Positions 19,288-30,300 of a DNA stretch of 64,000 bases are shown in pieces (within the stretch, counting starts at the first letter, position 1; each line of letters begins with the position of its first letter). This DNA is from Nitrosopumilaceae archaeon. Lineage in GTDB: Archaea > Thermoproteota > Nitrososphaeria > Nitrososphaerales > Nitrosopumilaceae. The position numbers were made by a program, and so were the translations under genes. The DNA lies in assembly GCA_965214835.1 (NCBI GenBank), contig CBDCCK010000002.1:736001-800000 (forward strand), given 5' to 3'. The notes beneath the pieces were generated by a model. The model had not been told where the DNA came from. It saw only the letters and a list, made by a program, of their open reading frames with translations, and made no database searches.

Positions 19288-21159
19288 TCAGAACAGCCTT
19301 TTCTGGCCGGTTCCGTCAAGCGTGTCTTGGAGCTTGGATTTCTTTGATTTCTTGGGTTTTTTAGGCTGTTGTCTGGTTTTTTTTGTTTGCAATTTTCTCA
19401 TCGTCTTGTCATTGCCGGCATCAGACTTCTTAAGGTGCAGTTCCGGCTGCTTCCCCCAAGGCATGTTTTCAAGATCCCGCCGCAGATTCATCGTCTCGAC
19501 TGAGATACTGGTGACCTTTTGTAGTAGGCCTATGACATGTTCCTTGTAATCTGCAAACCTGTACGTGTTGAACTTTTCCCGGATTTTGGGATCATCGCAG
19601 GATTTGTCGGATATGACGTTCTTTGATTCCTTGTAGAATTCTAAGATCCATTCCAGTGCGCATTTTGAGCTGAATTTGTATTCCAATGCTTGATCAGGTA
19701 CATCCTCAAGTATGGTCTGCTCATCAATCACTATTTTCAATGACTCGCTTTCTGATTTTTTTAAACTCAATTTGGTGCTGTTCTTGTTTGTTTTCCTGTC
19801 TGTGCGTTTTAACGGAAATGGCTCTGCCTCTTCAAAATGGACATGAAGGTCATAGAGTTTTTTGCCTAGCCGTACCCATTTCGAAAAATTTTCTGCGAGA
19901 GGTATTCTTGGGAACTTGCGCTGGAGATTGAACTTGTATTTTTCTTGGTATTTCGGATCATTGAAAATGGCATAAGTATAGTAGAATACGTCCTCGTCTG
20001 TTATCGTTTTGCTCCCGTAGTGTTTTTGAAATAACTCCAAACCAAAGTCAGTAATGTTGCTGTGACGCTTGCCCTCGTCATCGTATGTGTAAAGCGGGAT
20101 GCACTGAGTGCCAACAACACAATCAAGATCCATGATTTTATCAGTTGCCAATGTCTGAAATAACACATTAGTTTTTGGATTGGCAAAACCAATTAGCCTG
20201 TTTGATCTAGAATTTTTGAAGATGTTAGGAAATTTTCTCTGCCTATGTGTTATTATTTTATCAAAATAATTCTTCTTCAATACAAATGGCCTATACATTA
20301 CGTCTTTGATGTTGGATTTTGAATATGCGATTTTATTTCCACGTTTTATATGCTTAAAGAAATCCTCGGTCCACTTGATTTTTTTATCTGCCCAGTCTTT
20401 TAGACTAACCGCTAGGTTTTCTTCATCATATTTAGAAAGTGTTTTGCTGTAAAAATCAACAAAATATTTTATCTTGTTTTCAAGCGATGTTTGGTCAAAA
20501 TCATACACCCATTCGTTCCTGTTTGATGCCAGTCCCATAGACAGTACTCCAAATATGGAATTTTCTTTATCAGACACGATCGGAACCAGTTTTTTAAAAT
20601 CATTGTCAGTCTGGTTCAGCCAGACCGCATCCTCGTCGGGCACTATCTCCCTTAGCTGCAGGGTAGAAAGCGAGTTGTCCGCAAGCCATTTTAGCTTAGC
20701 TTCACTTTTCATATAGTCTGCAATTTCTGTGTATCTAATCTCAGATTTTTCTTCACCCGTTTTGATAAAAAAGGATATGGTTACACCAACCTTGATGGTG
20801 TCTCGAAACACGTTGCCTTTCTGTTTGCGGCGTTCCTCGCCTGATGTACGAGCATTTCCCTTCAGGTTGACAGTATAGATGTAATCAAACTCTTCAAACA
20901 CCGACCTCCTGAACCCATCGTCTGACTTTGCGTCAAGAAAGGAGTTGTTGCTCACAAATATGACCATGCCGTTGTTCTTGATGCGCTCGCTTGCCCACTT
21001 GAGAAAGCGCTTGTACATGTCATACTGCTTATCCTTGTTCCCTACAGTGGAATTTTTGACGTACGTTTCTTCTATTTTCTTATCAAGGTCAGGATATTTG
21101 TCAGCAGGATTTGCGTCGTTAAAGCTTACCTGGACCGCGTTGTACGGCGGGTTTCCCAA
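19288..21159 (-). pseudogene. 5'-truncated alternative C-terminal half of the Type ISP-like methyltransferase (from GNPPY to stop), cassette B
   Basis: Open frame; homology to the full gene begins abruptly at TTGGGAAACCCGCCGTAC; lacks the SAM-binding motif I. Confidence 0.9.
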
Positions 21160-22330
21160 AACTCGCCTTAGTATGTGTGAGCATATCCAGAACACAGTTA
21201 ATCTGTTGCGGTGTTGCCCGCTCTAAGATCTCCTGTATTTGCTGTTTCGGTTCTGATCTAGAAATTACACCCACCTGATCCAAGTATTCCTCGGATCTTG
21301 CAAAGGCATCACTCATTTCATTTAGCAAAACTTCTGGAAGGATCCCCTTGTTTGTGGTGTATCTTGATTCGATGGTGCCTTTATGCCCCATGAAGAAGAC
21401 TCGGAAATCATGCGCAATCTTTCCTTTAGACTCTGCTATTAGCAGCTGTGTGTCAAAATATGCACGTAGCACATACGGCCTCCACCCAAATTTGGGTCGG
21501 AGCGTATTGCGTATTTTGTCGCTTATTCGTTGTGTTGGAAGGAACGCCTTTTGCGATCTTCTCCAAGCATGTACTTCACTATGATCGTTGGGGGATATTA
21601 CGGGTGAGTTCTCGTCCAGATTCTCCCCAGACGCAAGTCTGTCGTTTAGATACGTCACTAGCTGTTCTGTTGCTTGACATGTGGAGAATGTAAAGTACTG
21701 GTGTCCTGCCTTTGACAATTCACGTCTTACGATGATTCGGTTTGGCGTCCGGATGCATTTTACTGTTCCATGTAAAATCGAAATATCTGGAAGATCCCTC
21801 ATCTGTAACCCATCTGTCCCTCTGTGGTTACCAATTACGCCCGGTCTCATACCTGATTTTGCCATAAGTGATATCAGCACGGATTCTCGCAATCCTGCAT
21901 TGCTGTATATGTCTGTCATTTCATGTGCATCAGGCACCCGTTCATTCTGCAGTGTGGGAGAAAACCCAGCAGATGCAATTCTTATTCGTCGCTTTACCAC
22001 CACATCAAAATGCCTGAACCAGGATTTTACGGTGTTTATATGATCCTCTATGTATCCAGGAGAATAGTTGTTGGACTCCATCATGGTTATGTGATCCTCC
22101 AGCAGGTCTGTTGCAGTCCTCAGATCGTTGACTGCAAGATCTGCAAGCTGGGAGGGAGTCATCTTGTGCATCTCACAGAACCTTCCCAGCTTCCGCAGGC
22201 GTCCCTCGGCGGTAAGAGGACTTCCACGCATCAGATTGTCATACCACCGTTGGACATCCTGATTAGATAGTAATTTTGATTTCTTGGTGTGGTTGGCAAC
22301 GTCTTTTGCACACGCTTTACGGGTTTTCAT
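21119..22330 (-). CDS. Tyrosine recombinase/integrase (archaeal type)
   Basis: SGMRPG (R), ELSK (K), PYVLR (H/YxxR), FMGH (H), RYT (Y). Confidence 0.9.
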   Translation of the reverse strand: MKTRKACAKDVANHTKKSKLLSNQDVQRWYDNLMRGSPLTAEGRLRKLGRFCEMHKMTPSQLADLAVNDLRTATDLLEDHITMMESNNYSPGYIEDHINTVKSWFRHFDVVVKRRIRIASAGFSPTLQNERVPDAHEMTDIYSNAGLRESVLISLMAKSGMRPGVIGNHRGTDGLQMRDLPDISILHGTVKCIRTPNRIIVRRELSKAGHQYFTFSTCQATEQLVTYLNDRLASGENLDENSPVISPNDHSEVHAWRRSQKAFLPTQRISDKIRNTLRPKFGWRPYVLRAYFDTQLLIAESKGKIAHDFRVFFMGHKGTIESRYTTNKGILPEVLLNEMSDAFARSEEYLDQVGVISRSEPKQQIQEILERATPQQINCVLDMLTHTKASFGKPAVQRGPGKL

Positions 22331-22400
22331 ACGGATTGGTTTTAGATGCCTAATCTTATCCTTATGCGTGACAGGGCATCCACTGTTAAAAAATAAGGCA

Positions 22401-23744
22401 TCAGGAAAGCAGTTTCATCCAGCAGCTGTTTTTTCCATTTGACAGCCAGCTGAATCCGTGCAGACGTAGTATATCATTGATTTCCCGCCAGATGTGCTTG
22501 TCAATCCATGCCCTGGGAGATATTTTGATAGAATCCCCCTCGTTCACAATTGAAACTTTGCTAATTCTCTTTCCCAAATTGCTTGTAAAACTCGGTGTCG
22601 TCATCGACTGTTTTATCAGGTCCAAATACTTGTCGTTTCCAAGTCCAAGCTCGATCCCTGATGCCTGAGCCGGAGTCCTGCCGTCAAGCCCCTGATGCGG
22701 TTTTACAAAATTGTGGTTTATTTTCAGCAACTCTGCAAAGTCCTGTGCTGACTCGTCATTGCCAAGGCCGCGTCTTGCCTTTAGGTTCTCTCTGATCTCG
22801 TTGTGATACCTCTCTATGGGCCTGTTTGCAAACCCGTCCCTGATGGATTTTGTTTTGACATGTGCTGTCATTTCTTTGAATTCTTTTCGCATTGCCTCCT
22901 GATACGAGTTTAAGGCATCTGTAATGACATAGTTAGGATACTTGGGTATCAGCTTCTTACCGCTTGCTATGATTCTTCTTGCATCTGCAATCTCGCGTCT
23001 CTTGGAGACTTCGGTAGCAATCAGAAATCGGGTCTTGGGATCAATGATGCTCCACAACCAGTCATAGAATCCCTTTCCAGTCTTCTCTGTGTTTTTTACG
23101 TTCAGCGTCATCTCATCCAAAGACCATACATCACCAAGCGTTGGACAAAATGACTCCACGTATTCTTTGATCAGTTGGGTGTATTTTTTTATCCAATTTC
23201 TAACGGAGACGTAACTGATCTTAATTCCGTGGACGGAATTGATGTGTCTTGAAATGTTTCTGTACGAGACGCCTGACATGACTAGGTTGATTGATTCGGA
23301 TATTATCTTTGGATCAGACGACATCTTTGAAAACCCGCTTTCTCCAAGGTTGAACCTATAGCCGCATTGCTTGCATTTGTATAGTTGTCTCTTTGTATCA
23401 TCCTTGAGAATTCTGAACCCAGACTTGATTATTGTAGTCGAATAACATTTGGGACAGATTCTTGGCTGTTCCGTCTTTTCAATCCTATTTTGGGTCTTGA
23501 TGTTGTCCTTTAGCATTATGCAACATATGATATGCTTGCAATGCTTGTCGTCTTGTGTTCTGAGCCGGTTATGAAAATCCGGACACTCGCATGTCCATAT
23601 GTCTATGTCATGCAGTTTTTTTACGCTATATTCCTTGTCGGAGTTTTGTGATTTTACTACATAGTGGTTCTTTGTTATCTTTCTGACCGAGTTGACCTTT
23701 GAGAGGATCTGGACTGCTTTTTCATCCCTACTTGTATACTTCAT
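22401..23744 (-). CDS. IS6-like DDE transposase/integrase with an N-terminal SWIM finger and Zn ribbon
   Basis: WTCECPDF..CKHI (SWIM), CPKC..CKQC, WSLDEM, IIDPKTRF, ITDAL, NRPIERYH, NFVKPHQGLDGRTPA. Confidence 0.85.
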   Translation of the reverse strand: MKYTSRDEKAVQILSKVNSVRKITKNHYVVKSQNSDKEYSVKKLHDIDIWTCECPDFHNRLRTQDDKHCKHIICCIMLKDNIKTQNRIEKTEQPRICPKCYSTTIIKSGFRILKDDTKRQLYKCKQCGYRFNLGESGFSKMSSDPKIISESINLVMSGVSYRNISRHINSVHGIKISYVSVRNWIKKYTQLIKEYVESFCPTLGDVWSLDEMTLNVKNTEKTGKGFYDWLWSIIDPKTRFLIATEVSKRREIADARRIIASGKKLIPKYPNYVITDALNSYQEAMRKEFKEMTAHVKTKSIRDGFANRPIERYHNEIRENLKARRGLGNDESAQDFAELLKINHNFVKPHQGLDGRTPAQASGIELGLGNDKYLDLIKQSMTTPSFTSNLGKRISKVSIVNEGDSIKISPRAWIDKHIWREINDILRLHGFSWLSNGKNSCWMKLLS

Positions 23745-23829
23745 ATTGTATAGATAACGGTATATCTATAAAACATTATCTGCCTAAAGCCAGATATCCT
23801 TTATATATGTGGATTCACATATTCGAATA

Positions 23830-23988
23830 TTGGCAAGGAAAAAAACAAGTCTCACTTTGGATGAGAAAATCTGGAATAACTTTCAGGCATACGCATTAAA
23901 AAAACACGGAAACACTCGTAACGCCAACACAGAACTGGAGCTTGCCATGTATGAATACATTAAGAATCACCCTGTGGAGAAAAAATAG
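23830..23988 (+). CDS. Small ribbon-helix-helix-like regulator
   Basis: Own translation (TTG start): MARKKTSLTLDEKIWNNFQAYALKKHGNTRNANTELELAMYEYIKNH.., 52 aa, divergent from the transposase and upstream of the RM genes. Confidence 0.65.
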   Translation: MARKKTSLTLDEKIWNNFQAYALKKHGNTRNANTELELAMYEYIKNHPVEKK

Positions 23989-24074
23989 AATGAATGTTAA
24001 CCGCAAATCGTCAAGGATGCCTGTATTGGGCGGTAAAAATCTAAAAATTCAAAAACAAGCCAAACGCGTGATTC

Positions 24075-27000
24075 ATGGGTAACGGTGAACTAATCATGGG
24101 TAGTGAGGATACGGTAATTGACAATGAGAGTGTCGTACTTTTAGATCAACTAAGAGAGATACTGCCAGATACGAACAGGGCAAGCATTGCGGTGGGCTAT
24201 TTCTTCATCTCTGGATTCAGCGCAATAATGGGTAGCTTAAACAAGATAGAGTCAAGCAGCGACCCAAACCACGTTATACGGCTGTTGATCTCACCGACTA
24301 CAAACCGGGCCACGGCAGAGGCGTTACTTGCAAGCAACGAGTCTTATGAAACAGCAAGAATGAGGGGCAAACAAACCGGTTCTGAGGAAAGAGGAAAAAA
24401 GACCGCAAAAGAAGAGGTCAAAAAAACGCTTGAGTACATGTCGCAAACAAACGAGGATCAAAAGGCTACAGCGAAACTTGCCGAACTGATCAAAAAGAAA
24501 AAAGTGCAGGTGAAGGTATATACAAAGGATCAACTTCATGCAAAGGCGTATATTTTCGAGCTTGACAACAGACAGCTTTCAAAGATGGCAATAGTAGGTT
24601 CCAGCAACCTCTCAATGTCGGGGATAAAGGAGCATACTGAGCTTAATCTGAGAACAAATCACTCAGGCGACTCTGGCAAACTGCTAGAATGGTTTGATCG
24701 ACATTGGAACGATCCCAGCTGCCAGGAATTCACGCGGGAGATAGCTGACATCATAGATGAATCCTGGATTGCCAAACACTCGCCAAATGACGTGTACGAC
24801 AAGGCGGTTCTTCATGAGCATGAAGAACTTTTTGAAGAGCCCGACGGAGTAGATGAAAAAACACGAGAGTTGTTTGACTTTCAAAAGACGGCAGTAAGCA
24901 ACGCCATAAAAAAACTCGACAGGTATGGGGGTGTCATGATTGCCGATGTGGTGGGTACAGGCAAATCCTACATTGGTAGTGCCATTCTAAAGCATCTCAA
25001 GGAGAACAACCGCTCAAAACCACTGATAATATGCCCACCCCACCTCAAGGAGATGTGGCAGGAATACATGAAAGATTTTGACATTTACTGCCAGATAGAA
25101 TCAAGATACAAGATAGGCATGGAGGATAACATACTCTCACGCTACACAAACTGCGACGCGGTGTTGATAGACGAGAGTCACAACTTTCGCAATTCAAGCA
25201 CAAACGCATACAGGGCACTGCTTGCATTCATGGAGGAAAAGACAGAAGAGGCCAAGATAATCATGCTGTCTGCCACCCCGATATCAAACCGCATCACGGA
25301 TCTAAAGAACCAGCTAAGGCTTTTCCCAAGAGAGATGCTCTTGCAGATACCTCCCCTGAACAACACAACACTTGATGAATACTTTAAGGGATTAGACGGC
25401 CCAAAAGACGAGCTCAGAGAGGAGGCCGACACCAAGATACGGGAACTTCTCAAGTATATTCTAATCCGACGTACCCGCAAGCAGATCATGAAAAAGTATG
25501 CCAAAAAAGACGGCAAACGGTACTATCTTGAAAAGGACGGGCAACGAAAGTACTTTCCAAGAAGAGAGTTACAGAATCCAAAGGAGTACAATGTTGACAA
25601 GGTGTACAACAACTCCTTTGACATGATCCAAAGCGCGATTGAGGATCTTACCCTTGCGAGGTTTGCCCCGGGAAACTACATCAAGAAAGAATATCTGAAC
25701 GACTCTAACCCGGACCACAAAAAATATGTCGATTTGAACAGTACGACAAAGCCACTGGTTGGCATAGTTCGGACATCGCTACTCAAGAGGATGGAAAGTA
25801 GCATCATGGCGTTTGCATCCAGCGTAAAGCACTATCAGGAAGGGTACAAGGAGTTCAGAAAGCAGCTTGACAAGGGCAAGGTTCCCATCGGAAAGGACTT
25901 TCATGATGAGATATACAAGAAGATCGCATACGAGGGGGAAGACTATGACGACGAGGAGTACGAGCAGAAAATGGCAAAGATCTCATCTCAGTACGACATA
26001 GAGGCGTTTGACGTGGAACGTTGGAAGAGGGACATAGCAGAGGACATTAACCGTTTTTCAAGCATCAAGGGGAATCTGGTGTCAAAGTCCGAGTATACCA
26101 AATATGATGACAAGCTCCACACGCTGGTAAAACTGGTCAACGGAATGGACAGGGAAAAGATTCTGATCTTTTCTGAATCTGCCGTAACCGCAAAATACGT
26201 CTACGAATACATGAAAAAGGAACTAAATCCGCCTCGTCGTATTGCGCAGATTGACTCTAAACAGGGAAACAGGGAGAAAAATGTCTTGATCAGGAAGTTT
26301 GATCCGAAGAACAACAACGCTACTGCTGATGTTCCAAAAAGCGAGGAGATTGACGTGTTGATAAGCACGGACGTACTGTCTGAGGGAGTGAACTTGCAAG
26401 CTGGCAAGACGGTAATCAACTATGACTTTCACTGGAATCCCGTCAGGCTCATACAGAGAGTAGGAAGGATAGACAGGATAGGCACGCAACACGAAACTGT
26501 CGACGTGATCAATTTCCTTCCTACGGCAAAGATTGACGCGACTCTCTCGCTCAAAGAAAGGGTTGCAAACAAGATTGAGACCATCCGCAGGATAATAGGA
26601 CATGATCAGCAGATACTAGAGTCAACAGAAGTATTGGACGAAAAGGGCGTGCTTGACATTTATGCTGGTAACGAGGACGTACTGGATTCTGATGTTGCAA
26701 GCATCATTGATATGGGCGAATCAAAGTCAGAACAAGACGCAGACAATATAAAAAGAGATGAGACAAGAAGACAACATATCGAGCAGATGCCCTTTGGCAT
26801 AAGAAGCGTTTCAGGCACGGGTAAGCTTCTGATAGCGTGCGAGGCACGGGAGATTGTAATGGATCAGCGTGGCCGCCACATGTCTGAACGTCCGTTTAGA
26901 AGACACTACGAAATAACGAAGGACAGCATTACTCAGATCTGGCAGTCATCCTTCCTGAACGAGTTGGGGAAAAACCAAGGAAACCTATCCGGCACGGAGG

Positions 27001-27374
27001 ATTCCACATATAACGAGCTTGTGGCTGAAGCGTGGAAAAAGTTCGATAAGGACATGAAAAATTCCAGTGCAAAAAAGACCATGCTAAAGCACCAGCAATA
27101 CTTTGATAAAAAATTAAGACAGATGTCCGAAAGTCAGGACTTGGGCCGTCGCGCAATGTCCATGCTGCCGTTCGTAGGACAGAGAATGCTTACAAATCTC
27201 CAGCCGTACAAGAGGCTAACCGAGCTTCGCAAGGAGATTGACAGGAATCCCGACACTGATGACAAGATGATAATCGAGGGGTTGGAAACGATCAGGGATA
27301 AATACGGACAGACGGAATATGAAAAGACGATAAGCAAGCCTCGTATACTGTATAGCATGATGGTGGCCAAATGA
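24075..27374 (+). CDS. PLD-family nuclease plus SF2 (SNF2-like) helicase, putative restriction subunit
   Basis: AVGYFF, LHAKAYIF..IVGSSNLS..ELN (PLD); ADVVGTGKS, DESH, SATP, TDVLSEGVNLQ, WNPVRLIQRVGRIDR. Confidence 0.9.
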   Translation: MGNGELIMGSEDTVIDNESVVLLDQLREILPDTNRASIAVGYFFISGFSAIMGSLNKIESSSDPNHVIRLLISPTTNRATAEALLASNESYETARMRGKQTGSEERGKKTAKEEVKKTLEYMSQTNEDQKATAKLAELIKKKKVQVKVYTKDQLHAKAYIFELDNRQLSKMAIVGSSNLSMSGIKEHTELNLRTNHSGDSGKLLEWFDRHWNDPSCQEFTREIADIIDESWIAKHSPNDVYDKAVLHEHEELFEEPDGVDEKTRELFDFQKTAVSNAIKKLDRYGGVMIADVVGTGKSYIGSAILKHLKENNRSKPLIICPPHLKEMWQEYMKDFDIYCQIESRYKIGMEDNILSRYTNCDAVLIDESHNFRNSSTNAYRALLAFMEEKTEEAKIIMLSATPISNRITDLKNQLRLFPREMLLQIPPLNNTTLDEYFKGLDGPKDELREEADTKIRELLKYILIRRTRKQIMKKYAKKDGKRYYLEKDGQRKYFPRRELQNPKEYNVDKVYNNSFDMIQSAIEDLTLARFAPGNYIKKEYLNDSNPDHKKYVDLNSTTKPLVGIVRTSLLKRMESSIMAFASSVKHYQEGYKEFRKQLDKGKVPIGKDFHDEIYKKIAYEGEDYDDEEYEQKMAKISSQYDIEAFDVERWKRDIAEDINRFSSIKGNLVSKSEYTKYDDKLHTLVKLVNGMDREKILIFSESAVTAKYVYEYMKKELNPPRRIAQIDSKQGNREKNVLIRKFDPKNNNATADVPKSEEIDVLISTDVLSEGVNLQAGKTVINYDFHWNPVRLIQRVGRIDRIGTQHETVDVINFLPTAKIDATLSLKERVANKIETIRRIIGHDQQILESTEVLDEKGVLDIYAGNEDVLDSDVASIIDMGESKSEQDADNIKRDETRRQHIEQMPFGIRSVSGTGKLLIACEAREIVMDQRGRHMSERPFRRHYEITKDSITQIWQSSFLNELGKNQGNLSGTEDSTYNELVAEAWKKFDKDMKNSSAKKTMLKHQQYFDKKLRQMSESQDLGRRAMSMLPFVGQRMLTNLQPYKRLTELRKEIDRNPDTDDKMIIEGLETIRDKYGQTEYEKTISKPRILYSMMVAK

Positions 27375-30300
27375 GTTTTGAGGATCGCCTGGAATCCCTT
27401 CAAAGGACGCTGAAATTAAGCGGATATGAGAATATACGCCATTTCGTTGACATAAGCGCGCTAGTAAGGGACGAATCAGTAAGCGACTGTGAGATAATAG
27501 CGCGCAAGGATTTCTACAACATCTTATATCTGGAGGCAAAGTCAAACTGGCGCGGCATTGCCACCGACGTGGCCAAAAAGCAGTCAAAGCCATGCCTTGT
27601 CATCACTGGCTACGGGGAATCACACCTGATCCTATCCACCATCAAGGATTACTTTACAAATCCAAGACCGCGCCATGTCATCATCGACACAAGATCCAAG
27701 ACACATTCTTTTGACGGATTTGCAAAGCTGATCAAGGTAAGGCCGGAGGACGATTTTGTATCTATAGATGAGCAAGTACACCATGCGTTTGATGAATTTG
27801 CGGCGTACGAGGAGGCGCTTGACGAATTCGGCGAGAACCTCAAAAACGCAATAAAAAACACACGGGAAATCATAGTAAAGGCATCAAAAAACAACAAGAG
27901 ATACGACGCAGAGTCTGAACAGTTTCTGGAGATGTGTCACAAGGTGATAAGCAACAAGCTCAAATCAGACGACATTACAGAGATGATTCTTCAGCATGTC
28001 CTGACATACAAGATCTTCTCCCTGATATACGACGAGCACGAACTCCACAGCACCAATGCAATAGCACGGTCACTTGAGGGCATAATAGATACGCTTGGAG
28101 TCGATATGGAGCAGATTAGTACCGGCTACCAGACGACAAAACTGGTAGCCGAATCGCTTACAGATTTTGCCGAAAAGCAGGACTTTCTCAAACGCGTGTA
28201 TGAGACGTTTTATGCAGAGTATGACCCAAAAAACAAGGACAGTTGGGGAATAGCATACACCCCATCAGAGGTTGTGGATTTCATGGTAAGGTCGACCGAC
28301 CAGCTGCTTGAAAAACACTTTGGAAAATCAATGTCCGATGATTGTGTTACCCTACTTGATCCGGCCACCGGTACGGGAACATTCATTACACAGATCCTGA
28401 GGCACCTGAAGCACAACTCTGTCAAAACCAAATACGAAAATGACATATTTGCAAACGACATATCGTTACTGGCATACTACATTGCTGCGCTGAACATAGA
28501 GAATACATACCAAGAGATAACAGGGCAAGTCAAAGAGTTTGAGAACATATGCTGGATGGATACCCTTGCTACTGGCACAAAGGACTTTGGGAAGGTAAGC
28601 ACGTATTTTGATGAGCAGGACAATGTAAAGAGGATCTCAAAGCAGCAAGTAAAGGACATATGTGTGGTCTTGGGAAACCCGCCGTACAACGCGGTCCAGG
28701 TAAGCTTTAACGACGCAAATCCTGCTGACAAATATCCTGACCTTGATAAGAAAATAGAAGAAACGTACGTCAAAAATTCCACTGTAGGGAACAAGGATAA
28801 GCAGTATGACATGTACAAGCGCTTTCTCAAGTGGGCAAGCGAGCGCATCAAGAACAACGGCATGGTCATATTTGTGAGCAACAACTCCTTTCTTGACGCA
28901 AAGTCAGACGATGGGTTCAGGAGGTCGGTGTTTGAAGAGTTTGATTACATCTATACTGTCAACCTGAAGGGAAATGCAAGACTGTCTGGTGATGCATGGA
29001 GACGCGAGGGGGATAAAATATTTGGCCAGAGTGCGCGTGTTGGCATATCCATATCTTTTTTTATAAAAACGGGAGAAAATCATTCAGAGATACGATACGT
29101 GGAAATAGACGATTATTTGAAGAGGGAAGATAAGCTAAAATGGCTTGCGGACAACTCGCTTTCTACCCTGCAGCTAAGGGAGATAGTGCCCGACGAGGAT
29201 GCGGTCTGGCTGAACCAGACTGACAATGATTTTAAAAAACTGGTTCCGATCGTGTCTGATAAAGAAAAATCTGTCTTTGAATTGCTTTCAATGGGTTTAA
29301 CATCTAATAGAGACGAATGGGTGTATGATCTAGGCCGGAAATCACTTGAAAACAAAATGAGGTATTTCGTTGATTTTTACAACAAATCAGTCGCACAATA
29401 TCAGAATGAACATCCTAAGGATACAGAATTCAAAGACTGGGCAGATAAAAAAATCAAGTGGACCGAGGATTTCTTTAAGCATATAAAACGTGGAAATAAA
29501 ATCGCATATTCAAAATCCAACATCAAAGACGTAATGTATAGGCCATTTGTATTGAAGAAGAATTATTTTGATAAAATAATAACACATAGGCAGAGAAAAT
29601 TTCCTAACATCTTCAAAAATTCAAGCCGTAATAGACTGATTAATTTTACAAATCCTACACCAAAAAGCCGATTTCATGCGCTTGTGTCAGACAAGATCGT
29701 TGATCTTCATTATGTTATTGACACTCAATGCATTCCGCTTTACACATATGATGATGGGGGCAAGCGTCACAGCAACGTCACTGACTTTGGTTTGGAGTTA
29801 TTTCAAAAACACTATAGGAACAAAGCGATAGCAGACGAGGACATATTCTACTACACCTATGCCATTTTCAATGATCCGAAATACCAAGAAAAATACAAGT
29901 ACGATCTGCAGCGCAAATTCCCAAGAATTCCGCTGGCTGAGAATTTTGGTGATTGGGTGAAAATAGGCAGGAAACTGTATGATCTCCATGTCAACTTTGA
30001 ATGTGTCAAAAAGTATCCATTGAAGCGAACAGACAAAAAGACTGCAAAAAATCAAACCCGACTCCTGCTGAAAAAACCGAAAGAGGAAGACAACTCTCAG
30101 GATTTTACCATAATGATTGATGATAATACGATGCTTGAAGGAGTGCCAAAAGAAACGTTGCAATACAAATTCAGCTCAAAATGCGCACTGGAGTGGATCT
30201 TAGAATTCTACAAGGAATCAAAGAACGTCATATCCGACAAATCCTGCGATGATCCCAAAATCCGGGAAAAGTTCAACACGTACAGGTTTGCAGATTACAA

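Noticed and set aside
21160-21195. Own start (MFWICSHILRR) for the 635-aa ORF
   Set aside because: Lies inside the integrase gene and is non-homologous to the full MTase; the product would lack SAM-binding motif I
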